NCBI GenBank assembly: GCA_045837725.1
Contig: JBEWZL010000063.1
Location: 124,001 to 188,000 of the forward strand
From: Vermamoeba vermiformis
Lineage: Eukaryota
Direction of reading: 5' to 3'
DNA: 64,000 nucleotides
Shown: positions 28,158 through 45,730 of the stretch, piece after piece
How positions within the stretch are numbered: position 1 is the stretch's first letter
Layout of the letters: each line of letters begins with the position of its first letter
Translations under genes and position numbers: made by a program
The notes under the pieces: generated by a model
Told to the model about the DNA's origin: nothing
Databases searched by the model: none
The model's input: the letters and a program-made list of their open reading frames with translations, nothing else

Positions 28158-30409
28158 ATGGAGTTCGAAGCATTACCGATTGAAATTAAATTGCACATCT
28201 GTTCGTTTTTGGAACGGAAAAGCATTCCAGCCATCTTGTCGTAAGAATTAAAAATCCATAGTATATTTATTTACAATATCTAAGTAATTTGAGCAGAATT
28301 CAAGCAGTTAGCAAGGAGTTTCGAGATTTGCTTTGGAGATCGCGGACCCATTTTGAATTGGAAGAATGGGAGAATAATATTGATCCTTTAATTCTATTAA
28401 ATCGAAGCAATCCTAATATTGTCACGTATCTTGACTTCTCAGGTGAGAGCTTAGAGTGAAAAAATTAATTTTCAAAATCAAATGTAATTTTAACTCGATT
28501 GATAGGCTTAGATCCGGAGCACCAAAACTTTCCCTCTGCAACTGAAATAATTTCAAAATTTTCCGCACTAGAGTACCTTCGATTAGACGAACTGCCAACC
28601 GCCCCTGAAGATCTTGCACAATTAGAAAAAGCTATAATTAGCCACAAATCGCTGATAGAAATTCGAGCGAGTATAAATCCAGGAGTACCCATTGAATTAT
28701 ATCGAAATATAGCCAAAAGAGTTCGATTATTCACTTATCAACGAGGCAGATCTGACACACTGGACATTCCAACATTTAATTTTTACGATGAAACGCTTGC
28801 TTTATATCAACAAGAAGAATCTATATCATTTCCCACTACTAGCAAACTCGTCAAAGGAATAACTATATTCGATAAACTCATCGTTGGAACTGCAGACGGA
28901 ACAATTTTTGTCTGCGATCAGCATCAAACTGAAAATCGATACGAAATAACTCAAACGCTTCATGAACACACAAGCGAAATCACGTGCTTTTACTACACCC
29001 CGCGCGTTAAAACCAATTTTGTCATCGGCGCTAAGGTAAGAGAATTTTTTTTTGCTGATCGACATCCAAAAAAGAGAAAACGATTTTAACGAAATATTAT
29101 TATAGGACGGCAAAGTCAGTCAATGGTACTTTGATGCGACGAACAAAATGACGTTAATAGACACCAAACAGTTGCCAGAACCGATCTGTCACGTGTACTT
29201 CAGCGACCGAAACTTTGACTTGCCGTTTTTGTTTGCCGCGTCAAAACACAAAGTTTATTTTTACGTCGGAGACAAGCTCAAGAAACATGGCTTCAAATCG
29301 GAACATGTTATCACTGGTAGGTGTTAAAACTTGACAGGTGTCATTATTTGTACAGCACTTTGTCGACACTATATCCGATTTGACACCTGTCATCGAGGCG
29401 TGTCCGTCACTCACGTGGTGCTCATGGCCGATGATTGTCCAAATATAGGCAAACAGACTATCATTTTCGATGACACTTTGACACGTGTCATTTGACAGCG
29501 CATTTCATGTCCATGCATTACCTGTCGATGACATTTTGACGTGTCATTACGCCGCTAATTGACACGTGTCACTTTTCGTCCCACGAAAAACTGTCTTTGC
29601 TAACGTACTTGTTTGACAGGTTTATACTACGATACAATGCGTCAAGATCTATATATAGCCACTGAAGTCGATATTAATCGTATCCCTGGCCATAGCTTAA
29701 GATACCTCGAAACTTTTCAAGTTCAAACCTCGCCGCACGGATTCAGCAACTTGAACCTTTCGGAAGGACAGTAAGTGTTCTAAAAATAATGAAATACTAC
29801 TAGTAGTGTTAAAGTATTTCTGAAATTTCATATTTTTAGGTCAGTTGCATCGTTAACTCCAACTGAAATAGCGATCAAACCGTTTTTGTTTCAAAAAGCG
29901 ACCTTGGTCATTGAAGGAAAATTCGATGCGTCGAACCCTAATTTATTGGCTTTCTCTCCTTATGAAAATCATATTACGTGCTCTAATGGACCTTGCCTGC
30001 TAGTTTACGTAAGTTGGTTTTGAATTGAATTTTTTTTTTGTGAATCCGCAAGGTTGACTCAAAATTGAAAAGATCGGAAGCCCATAGTATTATTATATAC
30101 GCTAATATACGCTGAATTTAGGATTTGGAAAGTAGACGGCAAATAGTTTGCGTCTCTCCCCAGATTTCGAAATCTGATCTTTTGAACGAAAAGTTTCCAA
30201 CTTGTACTTGTTGGTTATGGTACTCATCTGAATCCAACTATCTATATGCTATATTCTCAGACAATAGGGTCTACTGGTGGAGTGTAATTCATACTCGCGA
30301 AATGGACTTCATGCCGGTTTCAGCCGAATCTGACTCTGAACCCGAACCTTCAGAGGATAGTGACAATGAACAGCTTCAAGAGTCATTGAGCGATAGCGGA
30401 AGCATTTAG
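28158..30409 (+). CDS. F-box protein with short LRR-like and WD40-like regions, multi-exon
   Basis: MEFEALPIEIKLHICSFL..VSKEFRDL, LIVGTADGTIFV, LHEHTSEITCF, IGAKDGKVSQW. Confidence 0.75.
29317..29619. repeat. 303-nt intron packed with TGACA-NN-TGTCA palindromes
   Basis: TGACAGGTGTCA at 29332, TGACACCTGTCA at 29381, TGACACGTGTCA at 29479 and 29560, plus several TGACA half-sites. Confidence 0.8.
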
Positions 30410-30677
30410 TGTAGTGTAATACGTTGATGAAATCAGATCTCGATTTTGTCGATCTGATTTCATGCCAGTACAATAAATGAAAATCTCTTTTTGGTAGATA
30501 TTAAAGCAATTATAATAACTAAGTCTATTCCCCAATATTTTTTTGGAAAGTTTTGCTTTTGTACACGGAAATAGGTCGATTACGAGCATATATTTTTTCT
30601 GAGAATACTACCGATGCAATTGTTTAGCATATAAAACAAGCTTATTTTCGCGAATGTCTTTCGTAACGGCGCAAAAT

Positions 30678-33957
<3,280 letters not shown>

Positions 33958-34210
33958 GATTTGTATATATTATGCTCTTCATAGATATTTTAGGCACAAA
34001 ATCTTTTTTTGAAATGCGTCACGGCAGTTTTTTTTCTGCCTCCCTAAAAACGTACAAAAACTTGCGACAGAATTATTGCTCTATTGTATATAATAATAAC
34101 ACAACACTATGTCCGGAGGTATATCAATTAATTGCAAATATCGAATGGACGCTGATTGATTTTTCTATGCAGATTCGTTTTCAAATCCGGTCGCTCCGGC
34201 TAACGCTGCC

Positions 34211-37200
34211 ATGGACGCCATATCCAAGTAATTATTAGTGTTATTTTACTATAATAATGCTGCAATTGGAATTAAGGAATTACGCATGAATTGAATAATT
34301 ATTACAAAAATTCAGAATTATGTTCTAAATGCATTAATAACAAGTATACGCATTTCTTAATATTATATAATACGTATTAATAATTATTTTAATTTTGTTA
34401 GCTTGGGCGGAGGCAATGCACTTTCAAACTCAGATTTCAGAAAATTCTTGATGACTCCACGAAGACCAGACACAGAAGAAGGCGTAAGAATTATTTATTA
34501 AATTAATACGATGTCTATTATATACTTTAAAACGCCCAAGGATGACGCTGGATCGGGCTCAAAGATGCGCGATCCGATCTAGGCTCGTTCTATTAGTTTT
34601 GCTTTATTCAACATAACTATTCTCCGTACCTATATAATGGTCAATATCTAATATTGTCCTAATTAGTCCAAATTTGCGCACTTGGATCCAACTCGCGCCA
34701 AAGCCAAAGTCACTCCAGATCAAATCGCCGAATTCAGGAAGATCAAACAGCAGAAAAAAGCCGAAAAGTACGTAACATATAGTACTATAACATATGCATA
34801 GTTAAGGAAATTGTTTCTGGTTTCAAATTTATTTGGATCTGATCCACGACAATTCAATTTCAAAATATAGGGCTCTATTTAGAATTTCCTTATTTAGTAA
34901 TACTTTTCTAAAATATAATTCATATTTAGAATGAAGAAAAAGCAAGCAATGTTACCCGAAGGTTATCGAGATCGAGCAGCGGAACGACGAGCGAACGGAG
35001 GTGATGCAGCGGACGAAGAAGAAACAACGATGACAGTAGGACTACATAATATGCCTCCTCCTAGTGAAGAGTACGTTATATAAGCAATTCTAATAGCATT
35101 CAAATCCAGTACAAATTTTATCAAATTTATTCGAAGAAAAAATTTTACTACAAATCGGCTGAAAATAACCAATAACCCTTTTAAAGCTATAATATCACGA
35201 TACCTTATATTACTGAGGATGTTAATTCGTTGTATTCTATAGTCAAGTAGATCCAGAGGAGTTACGCAGACAAGAATATGAGCGATCAAAATACTTGGGA
35301 GGTGATTTGGAACACACGCATTTGGTCAAAGGTCTTGATTATGCACTATTAGAGAAGGTATATACTATTACAATATAAGCCTACTAGTATACTTAACCGA
35401 CAAACGAATTTTATTTTTTTCGTACCGGGATCTGATTTCTGAACAAACGCAATTTTTCAACAAAATTGCATTTAAATATTATATCCAACAATGATATTGC
35501 TTTAGTTGTTATTATTCTTTGGTCTTTTATTAATTAAGTATTTTTTTGTTAGGTCAAAAGTGAACTTGAAGAGGAAGAGCGACAAAAAGCGGAAGAAAAA
35601 GCGCGCCAAGAACAAGAAGAACATTCTAAGCCCTTTGCCGTAAAACAATTGATCACGACCGGCGGAACAATTCGCGCGATGGAAATGCCGACTGAGATCA
35701 AGACAGTGCTCGGACGAAATCTGTTTCGAGAAGTGTTTTTGAAGAAGTATCCCGAGACTATAGATACGTTCGTCAAGGTATATTATCCATATAAGATAAT
35801 CTTATATTTATATTTTGCATACTTTATCTTAGAATCTCATATCTGGATCTGATCCAAAATTTTTATCAATTTTATTACTTAACGGATTTTTATCGTTTAC
35901 ACTCCGATAATAATCTATTCAATGCATTTTTCTGTCTATTTAGTGCTAAATTAGTACAATAGGGCCGAACGACGTTAGTTTTTGAGTTAGATCCGGATCT
36001 GCACCAAGAACTACCAACAATAGTGACGCGCAGCAAAGATGATTTGCCTGCTATGGAAGAGCTCGTATCTGGCGAGATTAATCCCGAGATTATCGAAAAA
36101 GTTAGCAAAATTATGACAGTCCTGAAGCACGGTCATAAAAAAGTGAAAAAAATTGGTACGTTACAGGCCCGTAAAACAATGTATTACTATATTTGGTAAA
36201 ATAATAATAACCAAACTTTCCATTTTTAGAAAAACCAGAAGCTAAACCCGCACCTGTACAGCAAAAGCCCAAAGTTTCTGCGAGGTAAGTAACATTTTTC
36301 CATAAAAGGAAATCTCGGTTTACTAACGATTACCAATTATAGTATTTTTGACGACGTGGACGATGACTATGATATTACATTGAACGACAAAGACGATAAA
36401 AAGCCAGAGCCGAGTGGCATGTTGGGTCCGATGATGCCTTCCATGGGCCCTGGTGATGCGTCAGACTACGACTTCAGTTCTGACGCTGCATATGACGCTT
36501 TGCCTCCCCTGCCTAAAGCCAGTGCAGCTACTGCTAATAAGTAAGTTGACTTGGATAGCCTTATTTAGTCATCGAAACATGTGCCTTCGCTACAAATCAA
36601 ATTTTATTTTGCACCACAAACCAACCAAAAAAATTATAATAATAATAATAGTACTATTTTACTATTGAAAATTTGACTATGACACGTGCCGTAAAATAAT
36701 TAGGCCCACTCGTTTGAGCTTTACTTTAGACTAATAGCAGTTTTTGATCGATATTATTAACTTTTTTTTTTGTTATAGACCCAAAGCCGAAGAAAAGCCA
36801 AAAGATAAGAAAAAAATTGAAGAGGACGATTACATGGAATGTTATCCTGCGTACGTAACAACAACTCACGTCGTTATTATCAATTTTATTCGCCGTACTG
36901 ACATCGATGTTACTATAGTACGTTTGAAGGCATGGGATTTGCACAGGGCGAAGAAGAAGACGAAGATGATATCACTAAGATGGACACCAAGAAGAAATTG
37001 AAGCGATGGGACTTTGAAACTGACGAGGATTGGCTCAAATACGAACAAACCCGCGAAGCTACTCCTAAGTAAGTATCATGCACTATACATTCGATATCAT
37101 CAAAGCGTCGCAGCAGATCTAGATCTGGATCCGGTCGGAGTTTCAGATCTCCCGCAAAAAATTTAGGTTTCGGATTATGATACTTTATGACCCTATGATA

Positions 37201-37454
37201 TTATAACCTCAATGCAAATAAGTCTATGGAGGCTAATGTGTTTTTTTTATGTTAGAGCTGCGTACCAATTCGGAGTTAAAATGGCGGACGGTCGCAAAAC
37301 GAAGCAGCAAAAGGGCCAAAAAGCCGCTAAGATTAATAATCAAATGAAGAAGATTGAAAATATTTGGGACAATAAGAAACGAAAGGCTGAAGGTGGAGAT
37401 GAAGGCGATGGAGGCGGAAATAAGCGGTTTAAAGCCGGCGAATTTGGATTTTAA
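34211..37454 (+). CDS. IK: RED/IK (SMU2-like) spliceosomal protein, multi-exon
   Basis: NSDFRKFLMTPR, YRDRAAERR, KYLGGDLEHTHLVKGLDYALL, YMECYP, RWDFET, AAYQFGVKMADGRKT. Confidence 0.92.
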
Positions 37455-37895
37455 TTGTAAAAAAATTCTTTCATTAAAAGATCTAGATCCGATCCATTCT
37501 TTTTGCTTTGTACGGCAATTTTTCCTTCGATTCTTAGCCCTATACTATCTTTGTGCCGTACTCACCCTCATTCTCACCATGGACTTTAAGCCGGTCTTAC
37601 GGGATCCGTCCTCACTACCTTTTTTTGGGCCTGGGATCAAGCAAATGGGGGAATATCAACGATGAAATGGCTGATGAGAGATTGGAAGTAAGTCAAGTAG
37701 GTATTTGATGCGAGTCTTTGGGAGTGCGACTTCCAAGTAAGGTAAACCAAGTTTTTGTACGCAAACGGCAAAAAGTTTAGTACGGACGTAAGAATAGTTG
37801 TTCCCTTCTTAATTTTTATTACGAACGCGTGAATTATTTCATTAAATCTTTTTAATTTAACGTATCGCAACAAGTGGTACGCAGATCAAACGGAG

Positions 37896-40283
37896 ATGAT
37901 AGTTTTACCTTTAATTTTATGGACGATCTCCTTCCTGTTGGTCGCCTGGGTCGTGTATAAAAAGGTATTAACAATTTAATTGATTAAAATAATATATTTA
38001 ACGATTTGGAACCAGGTTTTATACCCTTGGGACGAGATGCCTAACATCCCGGGACCTAAACCCAGCATGTTCTTTGGCAACTTATTCCTTCTGATGAAAT
38101 ACTCGAGTTTAGAAGCCGCTCAAACTGATTTCGTAAAGAAATACGGCCCGGTATTCAAGTAAGATTTTTTTAAATTGATCCAGCAATTTATTTAAAATTA
38201 ATTATTATTCATGAAATCAGGTTGAACTTCCCCTTTACCCAAATGATCACCGTGGGTGACTCTGAAATATTGAAGGGTACTCTTCTCAATTACAAATCGC
38301 CTACTTACGGCACGCTGCATCCATTAATCAAGGTAAATTCTAAATCCGCACTAATGAGACTAAATATTTCGAAAAAATGCGGTATTGATACCCTAGCACG
38401 TATAATTTAATACTTGCGAGTCAAATTCCTCTTAATCCTTCTTGATTATTTTTCTAATGGAAAAACTTTTGTTACGAGATCCGTCAATTTCATACCAAAT
38501 CATGAAAACACCTCGCAATACTTTTTCGATAGTATATTCTTAAACGGAACATCATTTACGCTACAATTTCTAACAATTGCATTCTTTTTCCAGAACGGAT
38601 TGGTGACATCCGAAGACGACAAGTGGAAGCACGATAGAAAATTATTAGACCACGCATTTTCTTTCAAATACCTGCGTGGTTTGCATCCTACTATTATTAA
38701 GTACACCCACGAGCTCATCAAGAAATGGAACAGCAACCCGGATGGCGCTGAAATTAACGCTACGATTGACTTCACTAATTATACCTTTGATATTATTGGC
38801 GAAGTTGCTATTAACTCCCAATTTAATGCCCTGCAATCTGGCGACAAGCTCAGCAATCCCTTATTGGTTCATTTCGTTTCGTAAGTTTCCGATCGAGATC
38901 CAACTTTTTTGAAAATTATTATTAACCAATTATTTACCGATAAAACATCATCATTATACTTTTTATAATTAAATAAGATCCGATAACAAGATATTAAGCG
39001 ATAGCGCAAGATTTTTCAATTTTTTTGCCTCGCGGATCGTTCACTGAACGGTTCAATTTCGCGACTAGTACGCTAACCAATAATTTCCTTTTATAGAACT
39101 TTGACTGAGATGGCCTACCGCGACACAATGCCATGGAACAGATTGAACTTTATGGCTAAGAAGCGTATGGAACAGAGCATCAAGTTCATCGAGGAAGAAG
39201 TTTTGCGCAAAGTGAACGAGCGCAGAAAACAACACCAAGAGTCGAGTGAACGCAAAAACGATATTTTGGACATTTTGTTGGCGACGAATGAGAAGACTGG
39301 CCTGCCTGAATTCACCGATATTGATATTATTCATCACTTGAACACCTTTTTGTAAGTAATCCTCGCATAATTTTATCAGATCCGTCAAAAAATTCTTCCG
39401 AGAAATTTCTACTCCACGCACCGAAAAAAATTTTCACATTTGACAGCGGATCCAAAAAATCCAGTCCGATACATAATCTAATTATCAATATTAACGATTG
39501 TTTTGGTATTTAGGTTTGCAGGTCACGACACAACTGCCGTACTTTTATCGATGACTTTCTACGCTCTCGGGTCACGTCCCGACATCAAGAAAAAAATTCT
39601 CGCTGAAATTGAATTCCTCCGCAACAAGAATTTTGTGCCCGATTACGATGATTTGAGCTCGTTGAATTACATTGGCATGGTCCTCAACGAATCTTTGCGT
39701 TTGTATCCTCCTGCTTCCTCCGCTAGGTACGACCACAAACCACTTTTTTATCAACTTTATTATCTATCTCCATCATAGCGGTCTTTTCTAATGCACTTTA
39801 TATTTGCAGAGCTATGAGCGAAGAAAGTGCAAAGCTGTTAGGCATTAAAAACTTGACCTGCCCCAACACTTACTTGCACTTGGCTTCATACGTCTCACAC
39901 ATCAATCCTAAGTACTGGGACAACCCTCTTGAGTAAGCTCTATTGCATAAGTGTTATTGTATGATATACTAATGTCTTTTGATAGGTACAACCCCGAACG
40001 ATTCACCGCCGAAAACACTGCCAAGCGAGATCCGCTTGCTTTCATTCCTTTCCTTGCTGGCCCTCGAAAATGCATTGGAAACGTAAGAAATTATTATATT
40101 AAAAACAACTTTTTCTGTCTTTGTCAGAACTTTGCGCTGATGGAAGCTAAGACTGCCATGGCCATGTTGATGCCAAGATTTGACTGGAAGCTTGTGGAAG
40201 GTCACGACATTGGCTGGGGCTATCAAATTGTGTCTAAGCCACTCAAAGGCGTCAAAATCATCTTGGAAAAGAAAAAATTGTAG
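37896..40283 (+). CDS. Cytochrome P450, multi-exon
   Basis: N-terminal TM plus IPGPKP, FAGHDTT (I-helix), ESLRLYPP, PERF, FIPFLAGPRKCIG (heme Cys). Confidence 0.96.
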
Positions 40284-40539
40284 ATAAAACATTTATTTTA
40301 TTTGTAGCTAGAATTTTACTCTTGTAATAAATATCATATATTACGCAAATTGCAAAGGACTACTGTTAAATTTCTATATTATGGTACGTATCTTAATTGA
40401 AGAACATTTATTTGCAATCGAAGTACTTTTTTTAGATCCGACATACAAATTTGACGTTCTCGCCAACAAAACTTTCGCAAAATAAAATATTATATTGAGT
40501 AGATGATTATTATGTACGACATTAGTATTTTCATCTTTC

Positions 40540-43500
40540 TTAACGTCTATCGTTCTTGCCGATACCACGGTGACCAGCGAACAAATGCTTGGGCTTAAGA
40601 TCCGGCACCCATCTGTCAGCTTCACCCTTGCGACCATCACGATTGCGTTCTCGTTGAGCATAACGACCCAACTTCTCGGCCATATTCTTAGCCTATAGAT
40701 TTAAAACGTTAAAAAAGTGTTCCCAAAAGATCCGGATCCAGATCAGATCCACCCAAAAACGCAACAGGGTGTAAGTTACATTAACACTATATGAATAATT
40801 ACCTTCAAGTTCTTGAAACCCTCGCCGGGCTTGGGTGTCCTGGAAACAGCGCGTTCTTTTTCAACTTCTTCACGTGACTTGGCACGACCTCTGCTCATCG
40901 AGGTGTCAGGTCTAGCGCGACTTCGGCTGCGAGATCTAAACAAGAGAATAAGAATATGACTATGATAGTATGATGGAGGTGTTGAGCTTACCTAGCACGC
41001 TCGACGGCAGCGCTGGGATCAATTCCCAAATCGCGCAAATGGCTTTCAAATTCAGTGGTGTTACCGGGCTAAAAAAAAAAGGTTCAGGTCAGATCTGCTC
41101 TAATTCGCTTAATAATAGTAACTATATGCTTACTTGATACTTCTTGGGGATAATAGGAGCGTTGTTGGGCTTGTCCAAAGCGCTTTGTTGGATCAACAGG
41201 GCCTTCTTGGTACGGATGCGGCGAACCTTCTCCATATCCTCTTCAGTCAATTCAGGAAGATCATCCTCCTATTAATAATACGCCATTAATAAATATGAAA
41301 CGAGTGGATTGCATTATGAAGCAGATCCAAAAACTCTTTCGGTAACGCATCTGATTTCAAAATGATTACTTACATCCCAGTCGGGGCTCTCCATCAAGGC
41401 TTGCAATTTACGAGTACGTTCTTCTTCTTCGCGCTCCAAGGCTTCAAGCTTTTCAATAAGATCCGGATCGATGTAATCGGAAATGTTGAGACCGTCCATA
41501 ATCTCAGGAATCTTATCGTACTTCCATTCGTCGTTCTCCAAAGTGTAATATTCTAAGAAATATATCATTAATAACTAGTTATTAAACAGAACTAAGACAT
41601 CAAAAGCAAGATCCGGATCGCAAAAAATTCTCTTTCTTCCTCAGACTACTATTAAGGAATGCTTACTTCTCCAATCAATGCCCTTGTAGGCAGGGTCCAT
41701 TTCTCTGTAGAGTTCCATTTGTTCTTCGTATTCTTGTCTTCGTTCTCTGACGACTTCACCTTCTTCAACTGTACCGACTGTAGGAGGAACATAAGGAGGG
41801 CGTTGCTGTAAATATTATTAGTACCACATATATAATATAATAACGAAATCAAATAATAAATGAATAAATTTTCAAGCTCGTGTAACGGCATCCAAAAAGT
41901 GGATCCGAAAGTAGTCAAAAATGATTTGGAATAGTATACTTACGACATTATCTCTAGGTTGAGGCATAGAAACGTGAATTCTGTTGGTAATTTCGTTGAT
42001 CTTTTTGCCTTGCAACTTGGATTCGGCTCTCATTTTCAATAACTTCTCGCAAGCGAGTTCCTTAACGTGACTAACACCGTCCTCAGTCATGTTGCTCATA
42101 GGAACGAGTTCGGTGTTAGGATGCTCAGCAAGAGCTTGCAATAAGGCACGTTCTTCGGGGTTCAAGTTCTCAACAGGACGAAGATCCGTCTTGTTCAAAA
42201 CAACGAGAAGAGGCTTGTTGGCAAACAAAGGCTTAATACTGTTGAAAAGAGCGACCTAAATAACATAACGATTAATTTTATATTATTTCTTGCTCGTAAG
42301 TTAACGGATTGCATCCGCTCCAGCTGAAAACTTACTTGTTCGGCAATACTGTAACCGCAACGCTCAGAAATATCAATAATATAGATAATGCTGCACTTCA
42401 AGTGAGCCAAAGCAGTAATAGAAAGCATTTCAATAGTGTTTCTTTCGTCGATAGGATGATCCAAAATACCCGGGGTATCAATAACCTATAATGATATTGT
42501 TATTAATATTATACGTATAAACAACCCCACGTAGTTATGCAGAGGCGCTAATATTAATTTTAAAGCAAAACTAATTTTTTCGATAAGATCTACAGTAGGG
42601 ATCGAGCTGTTACACGGCGAATGCACGCATTCAAAATCGAATCTTACCTGCCAGCGCAAATATTTAAAGTCAGTGTGACCAACGAAGAGTGATTTGGTGG
42701 TGAAAGCATATTCTTGAACATCGACATTGGCTCGAGTAACCTGCGCATTAATATTATGAGTAAAGTTGCTTCATTCGCTTTTAATATTATAAATAATCCA
42801 TATTATATTATAATAATGCGTACTTTGTTCATAAACGATGATTTTCCGACGTTAGGATAACCGCAGAGCAAAAGCGTTCTAGTGTTGGGATCAATCGACG
42901 GCAAACGAGCCATATGTTGACGAACCTATTTAAATTACTCATTAATATTCTATTTGTATAATATTAATTCTATTTGCAAAAATAACGATGTCCGTACGTA
43001 TTATTTCGCAATGAAAGATCGAGCAAGGTTTTTATGAGTGACACTTACTTGTTCGAGATAAGCAAAAGCGGGAGCATTCTTAGCAACCAATTTAACCATT
43101 CTATATTAATAAAATAATTAGGACGTTGATCAATACAAAAAGTCATGCAAGATTCGTTCGATCGCGATCAAGCGATCAGAACGTCAGTTGATAAATAATA
43201 CGCTGTAAAAAGGCGAAAATTTATATTATAGTAATTATGCAAATTTCTTACCTGCCCAGAGCTGCTCTCTTGAGCTGTTTACATCTGTAAAGCGAATCTC
43301 CGAACTTCAAGAGACGCACGTAGTCCTTAGCAATAGTATCGACCAAGTGTCTGGCAGTGTTCAATTGACCCAAAGCCAATTTATAGTGATCTTTATCATA
43401 CAAAACGTTGGCCAGATCGGAGTAGAAGGGATGAATTTCCTGTTTTAACATGATTGTTAGCTTCTGTACGCGCATCAATGAGATAAAAATATCGATAATG

Positions 43501-43891
43501 TCAATAGCAATATTTTAAGCGAAATCATATCGCTGATAAATTTTATTCGCGATCGAATCCCAATCTGATTTGGATTTGAAATTAAAAAATTAACGCCAAG
43601 CGCTGCGAATCGCGCCATAATTAACCCATGCGTTATAGATTGTAGCATAAATATTATTTTGCCTATACGTACATCAAGAATGGGGAAATCTGAGATGATC
43701 TGAGTCAACTTATCGTGGATCGTTTGCTGTGTATACTTGACTTTGCGCATATAAAACTTTCTGATATTAGAAATAGCATAATGCTTGTGAATAACTGTAG
43801 GGGTCTTTCGTTGAGTTTTGGAAAGAATGATATCCACAAACTCTTTGGCCGATGGGACGACCTGGATGGTCTTGAAATTGTAAAGAGGCAT
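40540..43891 (-). CDS. NOG1: Nucleolar GTP-binding protein 1, multi-exon
   Basis: [57 protein letters not shown]-terminal KPKHLFAG. Confidence 0.97.
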
Positions 43892-44061
43892 TGCTGATTA
43901 GGAGCTATAATATATATGGTCTTCTTCGTTCTACTGTGGGATCCGCTAAAAACGAAAGAACAAAACTAACGGCGACCAAATTTTGACAACGTTGCTCGGC
44001 CAAAAAAGTTGAAACGTCAAACTTTATTCTTTATTATTTAATATATCTTTACCACAACGAT

Positions 44062-45531
44062 ATGGTGCTTGGATTATTCACACCAAGCATTTTCACGGGG
44101 ATCGTGAGTTTTGCGTTACTTGTTATAGCCTCGTGGTGCGTTGGTGAAGGAGGTGAAATCTTAGGCAAAAAATATGATGCATCTATTATTGGTGGATTAG
44201 TTATAGCATGGCTGAATACAGGTAAGTGGCGGATTCAAACGGTCAGATCTAGAAAAAATGAAAAATTAAATTCTAATTTTAATTTTTTGCTACTATCACA
44301 AGAATAGTACTAATTTAGTATAATCCGCATAACAGCACCTGAAACAATATTTTTCATCGTTGCCTTGACAAGTAACAATCCTCGGTTTGCCGTTGGAGCA
44401 GTGTCTGGAAGCACAATTGGTATTAAATATGATCACTTATATTAATCATGTTCATATACTAATTTTATGGCGTAGTCGTATGCACTGTTGCATTGGGTGC
44501 CTGTTTATACATCGGATCAAGGGCGAGCAGAACAAAGGACTTTGAGTTACTCGCATCGGTATGATTTTATTACAATTATTAATACGGTATTTAATTTTGT
44601 GTAATTACACAGATCCGGTTGCAATGTATTATATTGGGAGTCTCTTTAATTTTTCCGATCCTTCTGGCCACGTTTGGTTTTCAAATTATCACAGGAGTAT
44701 TGGCAATTCTGTACTACGCGTGCTTTTTGTTATACTCTCTATTTAAGAAGAAAGTTACCCCTGAACGTAAGCACGAAGATCTGTCTTACTTTAGTGAAGT
44801 TTATTAATCACTTTACAGAGACGCCAACGCCTTTGCCTACAGAAAATCCTGCCAGCGGCGATGGACCTATGGTCGACCATGTTAAGGATGAGGAAGCAGG
44901 CATAGTCGCTCATGGTGATGACGAGGACAGTGATTCGGAAGGTGAAGTGTCAATCAGAAAAGGTGTTTTGTTTTTGGTCGTTGGAGGGTTCCTCATTACT
45001 GTATTCTCCGAACCTTTTATTGGGTACGTGTCGTCTGCAAACTTCAACGTCCTTTTACTAATATGAGGTCCTTAGATCCGTTGTTTTAACGGCTAAAACC
45101 CTCGAGGTTAACCCAATCTTACTGGCATTTTTCTTGGCTCCGATCGCTTCTGAAATGCCTGAAATTCTTGAGAGTATCTCACTGTCTCGAAGAGGTCGCG
45201 CCCGCAGCATCAATATCGCCTTCAGTAACCTCATTGGTGGCACGATCACCAAAACGTCATTCCTTCTTGGAGTAAGTCGCCGTGTCCAGCGAGAAAATGA
45301 ACTAACAAGTCTTAGATATTGTGCTTCTATGGCGTTTCGCGCGAATATAAATGGGAGTCTCCCAACTACCCGATAAGCATGAGTCTTATTATGCTGTGCG
45401 CATCCGCCGCTTCTGCAACTGGCGTCTTCTTCAAGCGTCTAAATGCCACGAACGGTGCGTTGCTTTGGGCACTGTTCGTCTTTACAGGATTGATGCAGTA
45501 CTACTTCAATTCCACCTTTGTAGATAACTAA
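44062..45531 (+). CDS. Cation/Ca2+ exchanger (Na_Ca_ex family), multi-exon
   Basis: Alpha-repeats GGLVIAWLNTAPE and LAPIASEMPE..FSNLIGG, an acidic loop and about 10 TM segments. Confidence 0.85.
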
Positions 45532-45584
45532 ATGGGTCTTCGTACCGAACCTCTCGCAAAAATTGCGAAAACCGCGATCACCAA

Positions 45585-45657
45585 GCCTCCTTAGCTCAGA
45601 TGGTAGAGCGTTGGCCTTCTAAGCCAAAGGTCGCGGGTTCGACCCCCGCAGGAGGCT
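45585..45657 (+). tRNA. tRNA-Arg (anticodon TCT), intronless
   Basis: GCCTCCT/AGGAGGC acceptor stem, D-arm TAGCTCAGATGGTAGAGC, anticodon arm TTGGC-CTTCTAA-GCCAA, T-arm GGTTCGACCC. Confidence 0.96.
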
Positions 45658-45662
45658 AATTC

Positions 45663-45672
45663 TTTTTTTTTT
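45663..45672 (+). terminator. Pol III oligo-T terminator
   Basis: Run of 10 T starting a few nt after the tRNA 3' end. Confidence 0.75.
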
Positions 45673-45730
45673 GTTCCCGTCTGCAACGGTCCGTTTTTTT
45701 GTTTTGTTCCATCACAGCGCGTGCAACACC

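Noticed and set aside
29317-29619. CRISPR-like array
   Set aside because: Repeats are only 12 nt, irregularly spaced, inside a eukaryotic intron, and there are no cas genes
37500-37750. GC-richer intergenic stretch between RED and the P450
   Set aside because: Only a 28-codon ORF and no recognisable RNA structure
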